Shown: positions 9,049 to 18,850 of the stretch, one piece after another
Numbering within the stretch: the stretch's first letter is position 1
Layout of the letters: every line of letters begins with the position of its first letter
Assembly: GCA_937921485.1 (NCBI GenBank)
Contig: CAKZSV010000012.1
Span: 75,688 to 139,687, forward strand
Direction of reading: 5' to 3'
Length of the DNA: 64,000 nucleotides
Source: an uncultured bacterium
GTDB lineage: Bacteria; Spirochaetota; UBA4802; JAGODF01
The notes under the pieces: generated by a model
Seen by the model: the letters and a program-made list of their open reading frames with translations, nothing else
Databases searched by the model: none
What the model was told of the DNA's origin: nothing
Made by a program: the position numbers and the translations under genes

Positions 9049-10044
9049 CTATGCCGGAATGAATTCTTTTGGCCTGATTTCTGCTAGTGTAATCGCATGC
9101 GCCGGGCATACGCTGGCGCAGAGGCCGCACCCGATGCAACGGTCGGGATTGACCAAATAAGCGCCTTCAGGTCCCTCGGCTACGGCATCCATGGGGCAGA
9201 TATCTGCGCATTCTCCACAAGAAGTGCAGGAATCTGCGGATACTTCTGCAAGGTATCTGCTCGGGGCTAAAACTCCCTTCGTTTTGGAGTCGGACGCGAA
9301 GCGCAGCATCTCGCAGCAGCATGAACAGCAGTTGCATATCGCGTTTCCCATCACGGAGCGATTTTCCGTCATGTGGACTAGCCCATGTTCTTCCGCTTCT
9401 TGCAATATGCGAAGCGCTTCCTCGGCATCGATTTTTCTGCCGGTTCCTCTTTTGATGGTGTATTCGGCTCCTTTATTCAATTGAAGGCAATTTTCAAGGG
9501 GGTTATCGCATTTTTGCGTCGACAGCCTGCACACGCAGCGGGTGACTGCGAGCGTTGAAGCCGAGCGGATCATTGCTTCCGCATCTTCAAATGTTAGCAC
9601 CGTGCTTTTCGAAGCAATCGTTTTGTTGATGGGCACGACCCGCATGAAAGAGGGAAAGTTTACGCGGGTGACGAGCTCAAGCAGGGTGGGGTATTCCTGC
9701 TCCATAAACTGCACCCATAAATGTGCTAACTCGGATGGCGCTTCCTTCCAGAGAAGAGTGGCATCATGAAACTGGATGATATGCCTCGGCGGACGGTAAA
9801 CCGTTTCTCCGCCCTTCTGTCCTTCAAAAACCACTCCCCGGTGGAAGAGTTCTTTTAAGATGGGCTCAAGGATGTCGGGCGATTTACCGGTTTTTAATGC
9901 AATATCACTGATTGTTCCTGGAAGTTTGTTGACGATTTCTGCTTCTTCTTCCGAGCAGACAGTTTTCCAGATTTGATGGAGGATAACTGAATTTTCCATG
10001 AGCAGTTTTTTTGAAAGCTCGCGGTATGCGGGATTTTCCACCAT
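9049..10044 (-). CDS. 4Fe-4S dicluster protein with an N-terminal HTH-like region and an extra Cys-rich cluster
   Basis: Start moved to the ATG at 10044 (GGAGG RBS). Motifs 'CVCR...C...C', 'CNCCSCCC', CxxCxxCxxxCP and CIGCGLCASVCP. Confidence 0.8.
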   Translation of the reverse strand: MVENPAYRELSKKLLMENSVILHQIWKTVCSEEEAEIVNKLPGTISDIALKTGKSPDILEPILKELFHRGVVFEGQKGGETVYRPPRHIIQFHDATLLWKEAPSELAHLWVQFMEQEYPTLLELVTRVNFPSFMRVVPINKTIASKSTVLTFEDAEAMIRSASTLAVTRCVCRLSTQKCDNPLENCLQLNKGAEYTIKRGTGRKIDAEEALRILQEAEEHGLVHMTENRSVMGNAICNCCSCCCEMLRFASDSKTKGVLAPSRYLAEVSADSCTSCGECADICPMDAVAEGPEGAYLVNPDRCIGCGLCASVCPAHAITLAEIRPKEFIPA

Positions 10045-10222
10045 AATAACCCTCCATGTGTATACTATGAAATACGCGTACGACAAACGTATTATTTGCG
10101 ATGATAAAAGTCTATCAGAAAACAATGTATTGTCGCCGGGCTTCTTGAAAAAAAAGCAACATAGAGCAAAAAAAATTTTATTTTTTGGGCTTCCTCTGCG
10201 TATTAATGAGAGGAGGCATGCA

Positions 10223-10900
10223 ATGAAAGAATCAATAAAAGCGCTTGGGCAGTATCTCCCCGTGCAGAAATGCCTGAGCGGGGGAAATATTCGTGAATTG
10301 TCGGATCAGGAGCTATTGTCCGTGTTGCTTGGAACGGGAACAAAAGAGACCGACGTCATAGATCTTTCCGGGGAGCTAATCAGGAAATTCGGCGGTCTGC
10401 AGGGGCTGTGCCGCTCGGGACTTCGGGAAATTGCATCCAGCCGCGGAATCGGGATGGTGAAATCCGCGCGCATACTTGCAGCGTTTGAACTCGGCAGGAG
10501 AGCGCTTTCCCCCGGTCCGGTGCTTGAGCGGGCCGATTCTCCCGCCATGGTCTGGAAATATCTGCTTCCGGAGTTTATCGGGCTTGCGCGGGAGGAATTC
10601 AGGGTGCTGGTTCTGAATAATAAAAATCACGTGCTGAAAAAATGCGTGGTGTCAGTAGGTACAATATCAGAGGCGCTGGTGCATCCGAGGGAGGTATTCA
10701 GAGAAGCGATACGGGAAGCAGGAGCCTCAATCATCATAGCGCACAATCACCCATCGGGAGTGCTCACTCCTTCCCCGGAAGATGTGCAAACCACCAGGCG
10801 CATCAGGGAGGCAGGTGAAATCATCGGCATTGCACTGCTCGATCATGTTATTATGAGCGATACCGGTTATCTGAGCATGCGCGAGGAGGGTTTGCTGTGA
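10223..10900 (+). CDS. radC: RadC/UPF0758 JAB-domain protein
   Basis: AGGAGG RBS before the ATG at 10223; 'LSDQELL', 'VHPREVF', 'HNHPSG' and 'LLDHVI'. Confidence 0.92.
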   Translation: MKESIKALGQYLPVQKCLSGGNIRELSDQELLSVLLGTGTKETDVIDLSGELIRKFGGLQGLCRSGLREIASSRGIGMVKSARILAAFELGRRALSPGPVLERADSPAMVWKYLLPEFIGLAREEFRVLVLNNKNHVLKKCVVSVGTISEALVHPREVFREAIREAGASIIIAHNHPSGVLTPSPEDVQTTRRIREAGEIIGIALLDHVIMSDTGYLSMREEGLL

Positions 10901-10910
10901 TGAATGGCTT

Positions 10911-10944
10911 TGAAAAAAGAAACGGCGCGCTTTTACGCGCGCCG
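10911..10944 (-). terminator. Intrinsic terminator between convergent radC and SPOR genes
   Basis: 8-bp stem CGGCGCGC/GCGCGCCG, followed on the minus strand by TTTCTTTTTT. Confidence 0.65.
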
Positions 10945-10959
10945 AAGCAGGAGGTCGTA

Positions 10960-11814
10960 TTATTCACTGGTAATGTAACTGTGTTCGTAACGGTGCATTT
11001 CCTTTAATTCTTCGAGGATTTTAACGGCTTCTTTTCGATTGGAAATGGGGCCAATTTTTACCCGGAAAAAGTTTTTCCCGTTCAGCCTGGTGTTTTCTAT
11101 GAAAGGATCATACCTGTGCTCTTTAAGCCTGTTTACTTCCTGGAGCGCTTTTGCTCTGCTCGAATAGGCCGCCACCTGAACGGAAAAGCCTTCTCTCAAG
11201 GCGTCATCGTGCTGTGCTGTCTTGGAAGCGACTTCAACAGTTCTGTGCTGTTTCTTCTTTGATTCCCGGCTGCCGTTCTCACTGTTTTTCTTCCCGTGCG
11301 TGATGGCATTTGAAGATTTGCTTCGTTTTTCCGATGTGGACGTTTTGGATGGGGGAATGATTTCGTTGACGCTGTCCTGCGTGAGAAGGTCGCGTCCCTC
11401 TTTGTCGGATTTCTGTGCGACGGCCTTTCCTCCGGGCGCGGTATTGTCTTTCGGCGGTGCGGGTGTCACTGTACTGGAAGCCTTCTGATCGGTAGCTGCC
11501 GGCGTTGCGGTATGATCTAAGGTTTGTTTATCCATTGTTTCCTGCTCGGCGGTCCGTTCCGGTGCGTGCAACCCGGCGGAATCATGTGCCGGTTCATCAG
11601 GAAGCGGGGCAAAAAGCGCTTCGTTGCCGGCTGCAACGTGCCGTTCGGTCCTCTCCTCGCCGGAAAAATTCATTCCAATCAGAAAAGCAATTATAAGAAT
11701 TCCTACCAGCGCGCACGCGATGATGATGATTCTCGGCGTGTCAAGATGCAGCAAATACACGCTTTTTTCTCTGGTGCGGTTTGTGTGCATATCGTCGAAA
11801 TGTTCCATTGCCAT
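10960..11814 (-). CDS. SPOR-domain cell-division protein (FtsN/DedD-like)
   Basis: Single TM, low-complexity linker and C-terminal 'FSVQVAAY...A...L...FRVKIGP'; start probably at 11814. Confidence 0.85.
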   Translation of the reverse strand: MAMEHFDDMHTNRTREKSVYLLHLDTPRIIIIACALVGILIIAFLIGMNFSGEERTERHVAAGNEALFAPLPDEPAHDSAGLHAPERTAEQETMDKQTLDHTATPAATDQKASSTVTPAPPKDNTAPGGKAVAQKSDKEGRDLLTQDSVNEIIPPSKTSTSEKRSKSSNAITHGKKNSENGSRESKKKQHRTVEVASKTAQHDDALREGFSVQVAAYSSRAKALQEVNRLKEHRYDPFIENTRLNGKNFFRVKIGPISNRKEAVKILEELKEMHRYEHSYITSE

Positions 11815-11969
11815 GACCCGTCCTGTGAATGTAGTAATGTGCCCAACGCATTCCCTCTGCAGATGAATTATGAAAGCGCCCTCATGCTTACGCAGTAACG
11901 CATAATACGACTTCCATCCATCCTTCAGGGAAAACACAAGTATCTATATTTGTATTCGGCGTTTTTTGC

Positions 11970-13508
11970 TTAGCAATTGAGATAATTTTGTTTTTTGAAA
12001 AAATATAGTGCGTTGGCGATTGAAGCTTTTCCCGAAGGGAAGGAGGCTTCGGTGATTCTGGCAATAACCTCATTGCTCAGCAGGCGCTTGATGGCGCTAA
12101 AAGGTGCATGGGCGGCAATCGGCTCGGCGGTTGCCAGCAGAGATTCCATCATTTTTTTCTTTTGAGTGAATTCTGTCCTGCAATCGCGCATGAAATCTTC
12201 AAAGGCGCATACCGGGGCTTGTGAAAGAGGCAGACCGGGAGGTGCTATCGTATAAATTGTGTTTTTGGTTTCTTTGCGAAGCAAATCGTCTATCGCATCC
12301 CGATAGGCTACAAACGATTTTCTTGTATAGACACCGCTGTGTCTTAGTGCACCGCTTGCATGCATAATGTAGTTAAAGTTTCTGCTATCTATAGAGAAGA
12401 AACGGTCATTGGAATATAATCCCCAGCGTTTCTGATAGGCGCTGCCGCGGGGATAGGTTTCATAATGTAGAAATGCAGAATCGAACCCCAGAAGCCCGAT
12501 TCTGGAAAAACCCATTTTGAATGCCGCCATAAGCGCATCGCCCGCAACACTTCCCGTAGCGGAATGAAACGAACCGATGTCGAAGTCCACTGCTTCCTGG
12601 ACAAATTGCGATACTGGATGCGTGTTGAGTGAAAGAAAGCCACGCCCCATAGTGAACGCACAGGGATGTGAGGTCAGCGTAATCAGCGCAATGGAGGTGC
12701 CGCTTCCCTGCGCGAGATGCTCAAAGACGTAGGGCTGAGGGTCGATAGATACAAAAAAGTCAGGGATGATGCCATATGCAGAAAGCACGGGGAGCGCTGA
12801 ATCAACCGCGATGATGAAACAACCGGGATAATCCTTGATTTTTTCAAGATTGCTGGACAATGACGGTCCTGCGGCAATGACGAGAGCCGTCTTCCCTTCA
12901 CATGTGTTATATAGATGTGAAAAGTTACAATGCGTGTCGAAACTCCCGAGATTGATGACGGCATTTTTGAAGAATCTGCGTGATAATTTACTCTGAGTGA
13001 TGAGATTTCCCGCACTTCGGTTGATGATTTTTTCTGCGGCAGCTTTCACTGCCCGATAATAATCCGGAAAGGCGCGCAGCGATGCCGGATGCTCGAGCAC
13101 CTGAATGCCTTTTGATGATTCCAGATTGATGAGGTGTGAAAGTTTTTCTTCTGTTTCTGAGGGAGAAAGCCCTGAGAGGAATGCAATATTGGAATGCGTC
13201 AAAAGAAATGCGGTAAGCGGGTTTTTGGCGATTTCTGCATCAAGACCTTCGAGATATTCCACAATAACGATACGCCGATACTTGTGGACGAGCGGGCCAA
13301 GGCCGCTTAGATGATATCCGAGTCCTCCTCCAAGAATGATGAGGGTATCATACCTGTCAGGGTTGAATTGATTTTTGAAAATGGTTCCTTCTTCTGATGG
13401 CCGATAGGTGCTGTGAATGGGGATGCTTCTTGCGGCATCGTGCACGATGAGCGTGAAAGAACCGTCTTTCGCCTTTTCAATGGTGTATGTGATGCCGTTT
13501 CTGACCAT
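11970..13508 (-). CDS. Motility-associated factor (Maf/DUF115) flagellin glycosyltransferase-like protein
   Basis: 'IHSTYRP', 'GLGYHL', 'IAAGPSLSSNL', 'IIAVDSAL', 'PDFFVSIDP' and 'GLLGFD'. Confidence 0.8.
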   Translation of the reverse strand: MVRNGITYTIEKAKDGSFTLIVHDAARSIPIHSTYRPSEEGTIFKNQFNPDRYDTLIILGGGLGYHLSGLGPLVHKYRRIVIVEYLEGLDAEIAKNPLTAFLLTHSNIAFLSGLSPSETEEKLSHLINLESSKGIQVLEHPASLRAFPDYYRAVKAAAEKIINRSAGNLITQSKLSRRFFKNAVINLGSFDTHCNFSHLYNTCEGKTALVIAAGPSLSSNLEKIKDYPGCFIIAVDSALPVLSAYGIIPDFFVSIDPQPYVFEHLAQGSGTSIALITLTSHPCAFTMGRGFLSLNTHPVSQFVQEAVDFDIGSFHSATGSVAGDALMAAFKMGFSRIGLLGFDSAFLHYETYPRGSAYQKRWGLYSNDRFFSIDSRNFNYIMHASGALRHSGVYTRKSFVAYRDAIDDLLRKETKNTIYTIAPPGLPLSQAPVCAFEDFMRDCRTEFTQKKKMMESLLATAEPIAAHAPFSAIKRLLSNEVIARITEASFPSGKASIANALYFFKKQNYLNC

Positions 13509-13653
13509 GGGTAGCCGCCGGGAATATCTGTAGTTATTATCGAACCCCGTGAAGATATGCTTCAGGAATATTATCGTTTTCGCGAAGAATTTTGATTGAA
13601 TTGTGTATGCGGTGATACCACAATGTGTATGTAGCTATTATAAAGGAAATTGG

Positions 13654-15429
13654 ATGATGAAACACGGGAAATACATTTCTTTAATGGTTTTAATTATAGT
13701 TCTGAGCATTGTGACAATTAGTTCAGGCACTGATTATTATGTCCAGTACAGGCAAAGAATTAGCCCGCTTTCTCTACAAGATAAAATTGCGTTTCTTTCT
13801 TCTGAATTAGCCTCCTGGAAAGCGGGCGAGGACATAAAGAAGAAACTTTACCTCCACGTGCTTCGCGGCGACGCGCATCTTGCAGCGCGCGCGTTTGTGC
13901 AGGCCGCAGAGGACTACACCGCAGCGCTTGCCATCGACCCTTTGTATCATTACGCGTTAAATAACCGCGGCATTGCCGCAAAAAATATTGGAAAACAGGA
14001 AGCGGCTCTGAACGATTACAATGCCGCGCTGAAAATTCGTCCGGATTTCCACATTGCCCGTTACAACAGGGGGATTGTGTATTATGGGATGGGGCGGTAT
14101 GAACATGCAATTGATGATTTCAATGCCGTGATTGCCGCCATGCCAGGATTTGCGGCGGCATACAACAATCGGGGGGTAGTTTATCACGCAAAAGGACAGC
14201 TGGAAAAGGCACTTGCCGATTACGACAGAGCAATTGAGCTCGACCCCAATTTGAGCGGGGCATATATCAACCGGGGCATCATACATAAAGCGCGGCGCAA
14301 AGAAGAAGCATCTCTTAAAGAATTCACAAAAGCGGTGAAGATGAATCCGGAGGATGATAAAGCATATCTCGCTCGTTCGATTATCCTTCGCGAAAAAAAA
14401 GAATATCCGCAGGCACTTCAGGATGTGAATAAAGCCATCGAGATAAATCCCGACAATCCGGCAGCCTATGTCCAGCGCGCTGAAACGCATGCGGCGATGG
14501 GACAAAAGGAGGCAGCGCTTGGAGATTATACAAAGGCATTGAAACTTGATTCAAAAAATGAAAATGCCTATATCAAACGAGGCTATCTGTACCGCGAAAA
14601 AAAGCAGTACGATAAGGCTCTTGCTGATTTCAGCAAAGCCATCGAAATCAATCCCTTTTGTTCGCTCGGGTATTATGGCAAGGCGGAAGTTGAAAAGAGT
14701 ATCGGAAAATATGAGAGCGCGGTGCGAGATTACAGTGACTTGATTTCCTGTAATCCCGACGAATCCGAACCGTACTTCATGCGCGGCAATCTCCATGCGG
14801 AAATGGGTCATTCCGAAAAGGCGATGCGCGATTATACAATGGCAATTGCAAAAAAGCCAGATTTTGCCGACGCGTACTGCAATCGCGGTATTTTGCATGC
14901 GAAAAAGAGGAATTTTCAAAAAGCGCTGAGTGACTATACCAAAGCGATTCAGGCAAACCCGCGCCACGTATCGTCCTTGAACAACAGGGGGGTTGTGTAT
15001 ATGGAGCTTGGAGACTACGGTGCGGCAATCCGGGATTTCTCGCTCGCCATTCAGGTTGATCCCGGATACCATATTGCGTTTTTTAATAGAGGAAATGCAC
15101 AAAAAAAGAAAGGCGCATTGGAAAGCGCGGTTGCTGATTTTACAAGATGTATTGAGCTCTCGCCAGGCTACGTGCCAGCGTACAATAACCGAGGAATCGC
15201 CCACTATCTGCTCGGCCAGAATGATCGAGCTCTGGAAGACTACAATACAGCAGTCAAGATTGATGAAAAGTTTGCCCCTGCGTACAATAACCGCGGGGTC
15301 ATTTTCGCCAGACTGGGAAAATATCGTGATGCGATACGCGACTATAACAGAGCGCTAGCTTTAAAAAAGAATTTTCCCGAAGCGAAGCAAAACCGCGCAA
15401 ATGTGATTAGCAAGCTTAAGCTTAAATAA
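13654..15429 (+). CDS. Secreted or membrane-anchored tetratricopeptide-repeat protein
   Basis: Signal peptide followed by roughly 15 tandem 34-aa repeats of the type 'AYNNRG..Y...G....A..DY..AI.L.P'. Confidence 0.93.
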   Translation: MMKHGKYISLMVLIIVLSIVTISSGTDYYVQYRQRISPLSLQDKIAFLSSELASWKAGEDIKKKLYLHVLRGDAHLAARAFVQAAEDYTAALAIDPLYHYALNNRGIAAKNIGKQEAALNDYNAALKIRPDFHIARYNRGIVYYGMGRYEHAIDDFNAVIAAMPGFAAAYNNRGVVYHAKGQLEKALADYDRAIELDPNLSGAYINRGIIHKARRKEEASLKEFTKAVKMNPEDDKAYLARSIILREKKEYPQALQDVNKAIEINPDNPAAYVQRAETHAAMGQKEAALGDYTKALKLDSKNENAYIKRGYLYREKKQYDKALADFSKAIEINPFCSLGYYGKAEVEKSIGKYESAVRDYSDLISCNPDESEPYFMRGNLHAEMGHSEKAMRDYTMAIAKKPDFADAYCNRGILHAKKRNFQKALSDYTKAIQANPRHVSSLNNRGVVYMELGDYGAAIRDFSLAIQVDPGYHIAFFNRGNAQKKKGALESAVADFTRCIELSPGYVPAYNNRGIAHYLLGQNDRALEDYNTAVKIDEKFAPAYNNRGVIFARLGKYRDAIRDYNRALALKKNFPEAKQNRANVISKLKLK

Positions 15430-15439
15430 GAGGAAAGCC

Positions 15440-15649
15440 ATGCCCGTCTATGAATTTCATTGCTGTAAGTGCGATGCCGTTTTCAGCGAACTTCGTTCCG
15501 TCGGGGATTTTCGCCCGGGAATATGCCCATCGTGTGGTTCGGATGAAAGCGAGAAAATATTTTCAGTCTTTTTCGGGGGAAAAGGGAACGTAAAAAAATG
15601 TTCCTCATGTTCGGGCAAATCCTCAGGAGGCTGTGCCGCCTGCCATTAA
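15440..15649 (+). CDS. FmdB-family zinc-ribbon protein
   Basis: 'MPVYEFHCCKC...CPSCGS' and a C-terminal Cys-rich tail. Confidence 0.88.
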   Translation: MPVYEFHCCKCDAVFSELRSVGDFRPGICPSCGSDESEKIFSVFFGGKGNVKKCSSCSGKSSGGCAACH

Positions 15650-15656
15650 AAATTTT

Positions 15657-16763
15657 TCAATTTGGCGTTACCGTAAAATCGCGATAACGATGATTCAAGA
15701 CTAAAAGCATTATTGACGCAGCAATGAGGATTACCGCGCCGGCTGGAACAATGTAATGAATCTTCCCCGTGAGGCAGATTGCAAAAAAAGCCAGCGAAAA
15801 AAATTCTTTTTTTGTGTAATATTTTAATTTATGTATAAAAGATACAAGCCCGTCAGTGTCTGGAAGCCTCTGCAAAAACTCCTTATCGTAAGTCACCAGC
15901 GAACCCGAAGTTGTATGTTTTCTGAGAAAAGAAATCATTGCGGCAAGCATGATGAAAAGCCCGGCAAAAAGCAGGGCAATGGCAGCCAGAGGCAGGTATA
16001 CGGTGGTGCTGTTCAGAAAAAAAAGATATGAGGAGGCGGTGAGAAATAGTATTAGCGTGCCGTTGTCGCTGATGGTGTCGAGCCAGCCGCCAAGCTTTGA
16101 AACTTTTAAGGTGAGCTTCGCCACTTCGCCGTCAACTCCATCAAAAACCGACGCGAGCTGAAAGCATAGCCCCCCGATGACAATACTGGCGTAGGTGTTG
16201 AGTGAGAGGAAAACAGCGCTCGAAAATCCCACAATCATATTTAACACCGTGAGCACATTCGGATGAATGCGCGTTCTGGAAAGCGCCCTGCTTATGGGAA
16301 GCGAAATGGCCTTGTTGATGTTGCGCGCAATGAACCCCGGCGTGTTGTTTCGGATTGTCTGAATTAAAATCTCTTCAGCCCGCAGTGCGTCTGAAGTAGA
16401 AGCAATATCGAAAATATCGGTGCCGTATGCAATCAGCCAGGCGTTCTTCTTCCGGGTGAAATAGGCGTCCGCCTGCGAGAGGTGATGTGCCTGCAGGAAA
16501 CAATTGGCAGAAAGATAAATTGCCTGTGTTGTTTCTGGCGGGGGAATAAGTGCTTCTTTCACCGCAAGAGAAATGCGCTTGAGGTGTTTCTTAATATTGT
16601 TTCTGTAGAATTCGATTTCCGGTTCTTTAAGGTGCAGATATATCATCTTAATGCCGGCACGATGCAATAATATGATATTGCGTTCGAGTGCATAGAGCCC
16701 GCAGATTTTAATATCCAGACTGCCTTTTTCCGGAGAGTGCAGTACTGCGATGTCGGGAAGCAT
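15657..16763 (-). CDS. CDP-alcohol phosphatidyltransferase with a degenerate N-terminal nucleotidyltransferase-like domain
   Basis: Signature 'DGVDGEVAK...SKLGGWLDTISD', 'HPNVLT' and several TMs. The N-terminus 'KICGLYALERNI' resembles an NTP-transferase remnant. Confidence 0.85.
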   Translation of the reverse strand: MLPDIAVLHSPEKGSLDIKICGLYALERNIILLHRAGIKMIYLHLKEPEIEFYRNNIKKHLKRISLAVKEALIPPPETTQAIYLSANCFLQAHHLSQADAYFTRKKNAWLIAYGTDIFDIASTSDALRAEEILIQTIRNNTPGFIARNINKAISLPISRALSRTRIHPNVLTVLNMIVGFSSAVFLSLNTYASIVIGGLCFQLASVFDGVDGEVAKLTLKVSKLGGWLDTISDNGTLILFLTASSYLFFLNSTTVYLPLAAIALLFAGLFIMLAAMISFLRKHTTSGSLVTYDKEFLQRLPDTDGLVSFIHKLKYYTKKEFFSLAFFAICLTGKIHYIVPAGAVILIAASIMLLVLNHRYRDFTVTPN

Positions 16764-16925
16764 AGAATACCTTCTCTAACCGAAGCTTGGGTACATCAAA
16801 CCTTAGGGTCAAGGATAATAAAATATCGAAAATGTTCAAGATAAATTTATTACAGGAATATGAACGTAAGTGCAAATAGTTCTTGAAAGTTAACCTGCCC
16901 GATGTAAGTATATAGCTTTTACAGT

Positions 16926-17189
16926 ATGGAATGCCGAATCGACATAACCGTCACGCCGAAATCATCTAAAAGCGCGATAGTCTGCGATGAGAACGCCGTC
17001 AAAGTGTATCTGCATTCACCACCTTCGGACGGCAAAGCAAATGAGGAATGCATCGAACTATTCGCAAAGCGTTTGAAAATCCCAAAATCTTTGATTGCGA
17101 TTGATAAAGGGCTGAAAGGCAGAAAGAAAACATTGCGTGTACAGGGACTTTCCCGAGAAGAAGCGATGAAGAGGTTGATTGAAAAATGA
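16926..17189 (+). CDS. DUF167/UPF0235 (YggU-like) protein
   Basis: 'VTPKS', 'PPSDGKANEE' and 'GLKGRKK'. Confidence 0.88.
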   Translation: MECRIDITVTPKSSKSAIVCDENAVKVYLHSPPSDGKANEECIELFAKRLKIPKSLIAIDKGLKGRKKTLRVQGLSREEAMKRLIEK

Positions 17190-17524
17190 ATAGTACGCGT
17201 ATAATTGCCATGATGATGGTGCTTTGCTTTTTTGGCTGTGCCGGTACATTTACCGCGAAAGAACGCTTCGAAGGCGTGAAAGACGGGGTGGTGAGAATTT
17301 ATATACGATGTAGCAACGACTCCGGCTATGATGAGAGCGATAGAGAGCTGAATAAAGAAATACTAAAGCGCGGCGAAGAAAGGCTGAAATTGCTCGCGGC
17401 TCAGGGTATTATTGAAAAAAAATTTGCTGAAAAAGCCGCTGCTTCGCCTATTCACATCCGCTGCTTCGATGAATATTGCGAAGGATTTATCGATTATAAA
17501 ATTAGAATCGAGGAGAAAAAATGA
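17186..17524 (+). CDS. Hypothetical lipoprotein
   Basis: Lipobox 'FFGC'; 4-nt overlaps with both neighbours. Confidence 0.65.
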   Translation: MNSTRIIAMMMVLCFFGCAGTFTAKERFEGVKDGVVRIYIRCSNDSGYDESDRELNKEILKRGEERLKLLAAQGIIEKKFAEKAAASPIHIRCFDEYCEGFIDYKIRIEEKK

Positions 17525-18789
17525 AACTCCTTTCTAAGATTGCCATACGAATCAAACGCGGCTATCTCCCTCATTTCATCAATGAATTATGCAAATCGGG
17601 CTGTGCGCTCAAATCGCTCGAGTCGCTCGAGATTCTGCCCGAAGGGGAGAGATTCAGCGCGGAAGTGCTCTATGATGCTGCGGAGCAATTCAGAACGGTG
17701 ATACAGAAATTCAAAAGGCATCCGGAAAATTTTTCCGTTGAATCGGTGGCGAATCTCCTTGAAAATTTTCTTCACGGTGGGATGCTTGATGTACTGGGGA
17801 AGGGTAAATTTGAAACGAAAGCGGATTATGAAATGATGGTGCAGGGCGGAGCCGGCATGATTATCGATAAAATCCGCTCGGGGGAAAACGTTGAGGATTT
17901 TTCCGGGATGTTTTTCAATGTGGCTATGATTAACTGCATGCGCGTGAAGTCCGAGAAGCCCGATATCAACAAATTCATCTTTCACACCAGCGCCGAGAGA
18001 GATTCCGTCGTGCTGAAAAAATGTACGGGCTGCAATGGCTTTCCCCTTCTCGTGCGTGCTGACCATCCAGAAGATATAATTAAAGTTTTGAAAAGCATTG
18101 AAGAGAGCTTCACCCTCATACGAATGATGGAAATTGAAGGCGTTGCCGATGCATCGCTGGTTTCCTACATCAATTCAGAGATTGAACGGCCGCTGCTCTT
18201 TCGGGACTACGATGAGTTGCCGCTATTGATGATGTACGCGGTCATGAAAATTTCGCAGAAAAAAAGAATCGCGTATGATGACTGCAATGCCGGTATGATA
18301 GGCCTTGATTTGCCCGCGATTCGCCTGACGCGCCTTTTAAAGTCGCTTGGATTTGCGCGGGTTTTAGGCTGCGACAATAATGAAAAATCCATGATGAACG
18401 TAGAAAAGGAGGGAGCGCTTGCCACAACGCAGGAGAATATTTTCAGCAACAGCGATGTCATTTTCCTTTTTAAAAATCATTTCACTGTGGCAGACCTTTC
18501 GAAAGTCCGCCCCGGCCAGGTAATCGTCTCGCTGCTCGATGATGAGGAAGTAGATAGAGAAATTATTGCGAACAGGGGAGTGAAAGATTACATACCGGCA
18601 GAGTATCTGGACCTTTCAATCGTCTTTCCGGGCATGGTTGCCGGCATGAAAAAAGGGTCTATTCATCATCTAGAAGATCAACACCTGATTCAAGCAGCAA
18701 AGGCGATGGCAGAGATGAAAATCGATTCGCTTTTTCCCGACATCTTCGGCGATGTGCATGCGGTAATCGAAAAATCACTCATGGAATGA
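17521..18789 (+). CDS. Malic-enzyme-fold protein with an N-terminal ACT-like domain; catalytic motifs degenerate
   Basis: Colinear with ACT-MaeA type enzymes, but the YTPGV, EGKA, LEDI, HDDQHG and GAGAAG motifs are replaced. Confidence 0.6.
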   Translation: MKLLSKIAIRIKRGYLPHFINELCKSGCALKSLESLEILPEGERFSAEVLYDAAEQFRTVIQKFKRHPENFSVESVANLLENFLHGGMLDVLGKGKFETKADYEMMVQGGAGMIIDKIRSGENVEDFSGMFFNVAMINCMRVKSEKPDINKFIFHTSAERDSVVLKKCTGCNGFPLLVRADHPEDIIKVLKSIEESFTLIRMMEIEGVADASLVSYINSEIERPLLFRDYDELPLLMMYAVMKISQKKRIAYDDCNAGMIGLDLPAIRLTRLLKSLGFARVLGCDNNEKSMMNVEKEGALATTQENIFSNSDVIFLFKNHFTVADLSKVRPGQVIVSLLDDEEVDREIIANRGVKDYIPAEYLDLSIVFPGMVAGMKKGSIHHLEDQHLIQAAKAMAEMKIDSLFPDIFGDVHAVIEKSLME

Positions 18790-18850
18790 ATCCATCTTGC
18801 TTTTTCGCGCAATGCAGGGTGAATACGTGAGCGAAAAGACCGGCGGAAAA

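Noticed and set aside
9998-10222. Long N-terminal extension of RadC (300-aa ORF call)
   Set aside because: It overlaps the divergent Fe-S gene and promoter region. A strong AGGAGG RBS precedes the ATG at 10223.
13654-15429. Recurrent TACAATAACCG-like words at ~102-bp spacing, suggesting a CRISPR or DNA repeat array
   Set aside because: They are codons of the TPR consensus (YNNRG) in an intact ORF. There are no identical repeats with unique spacers and no cas genes.
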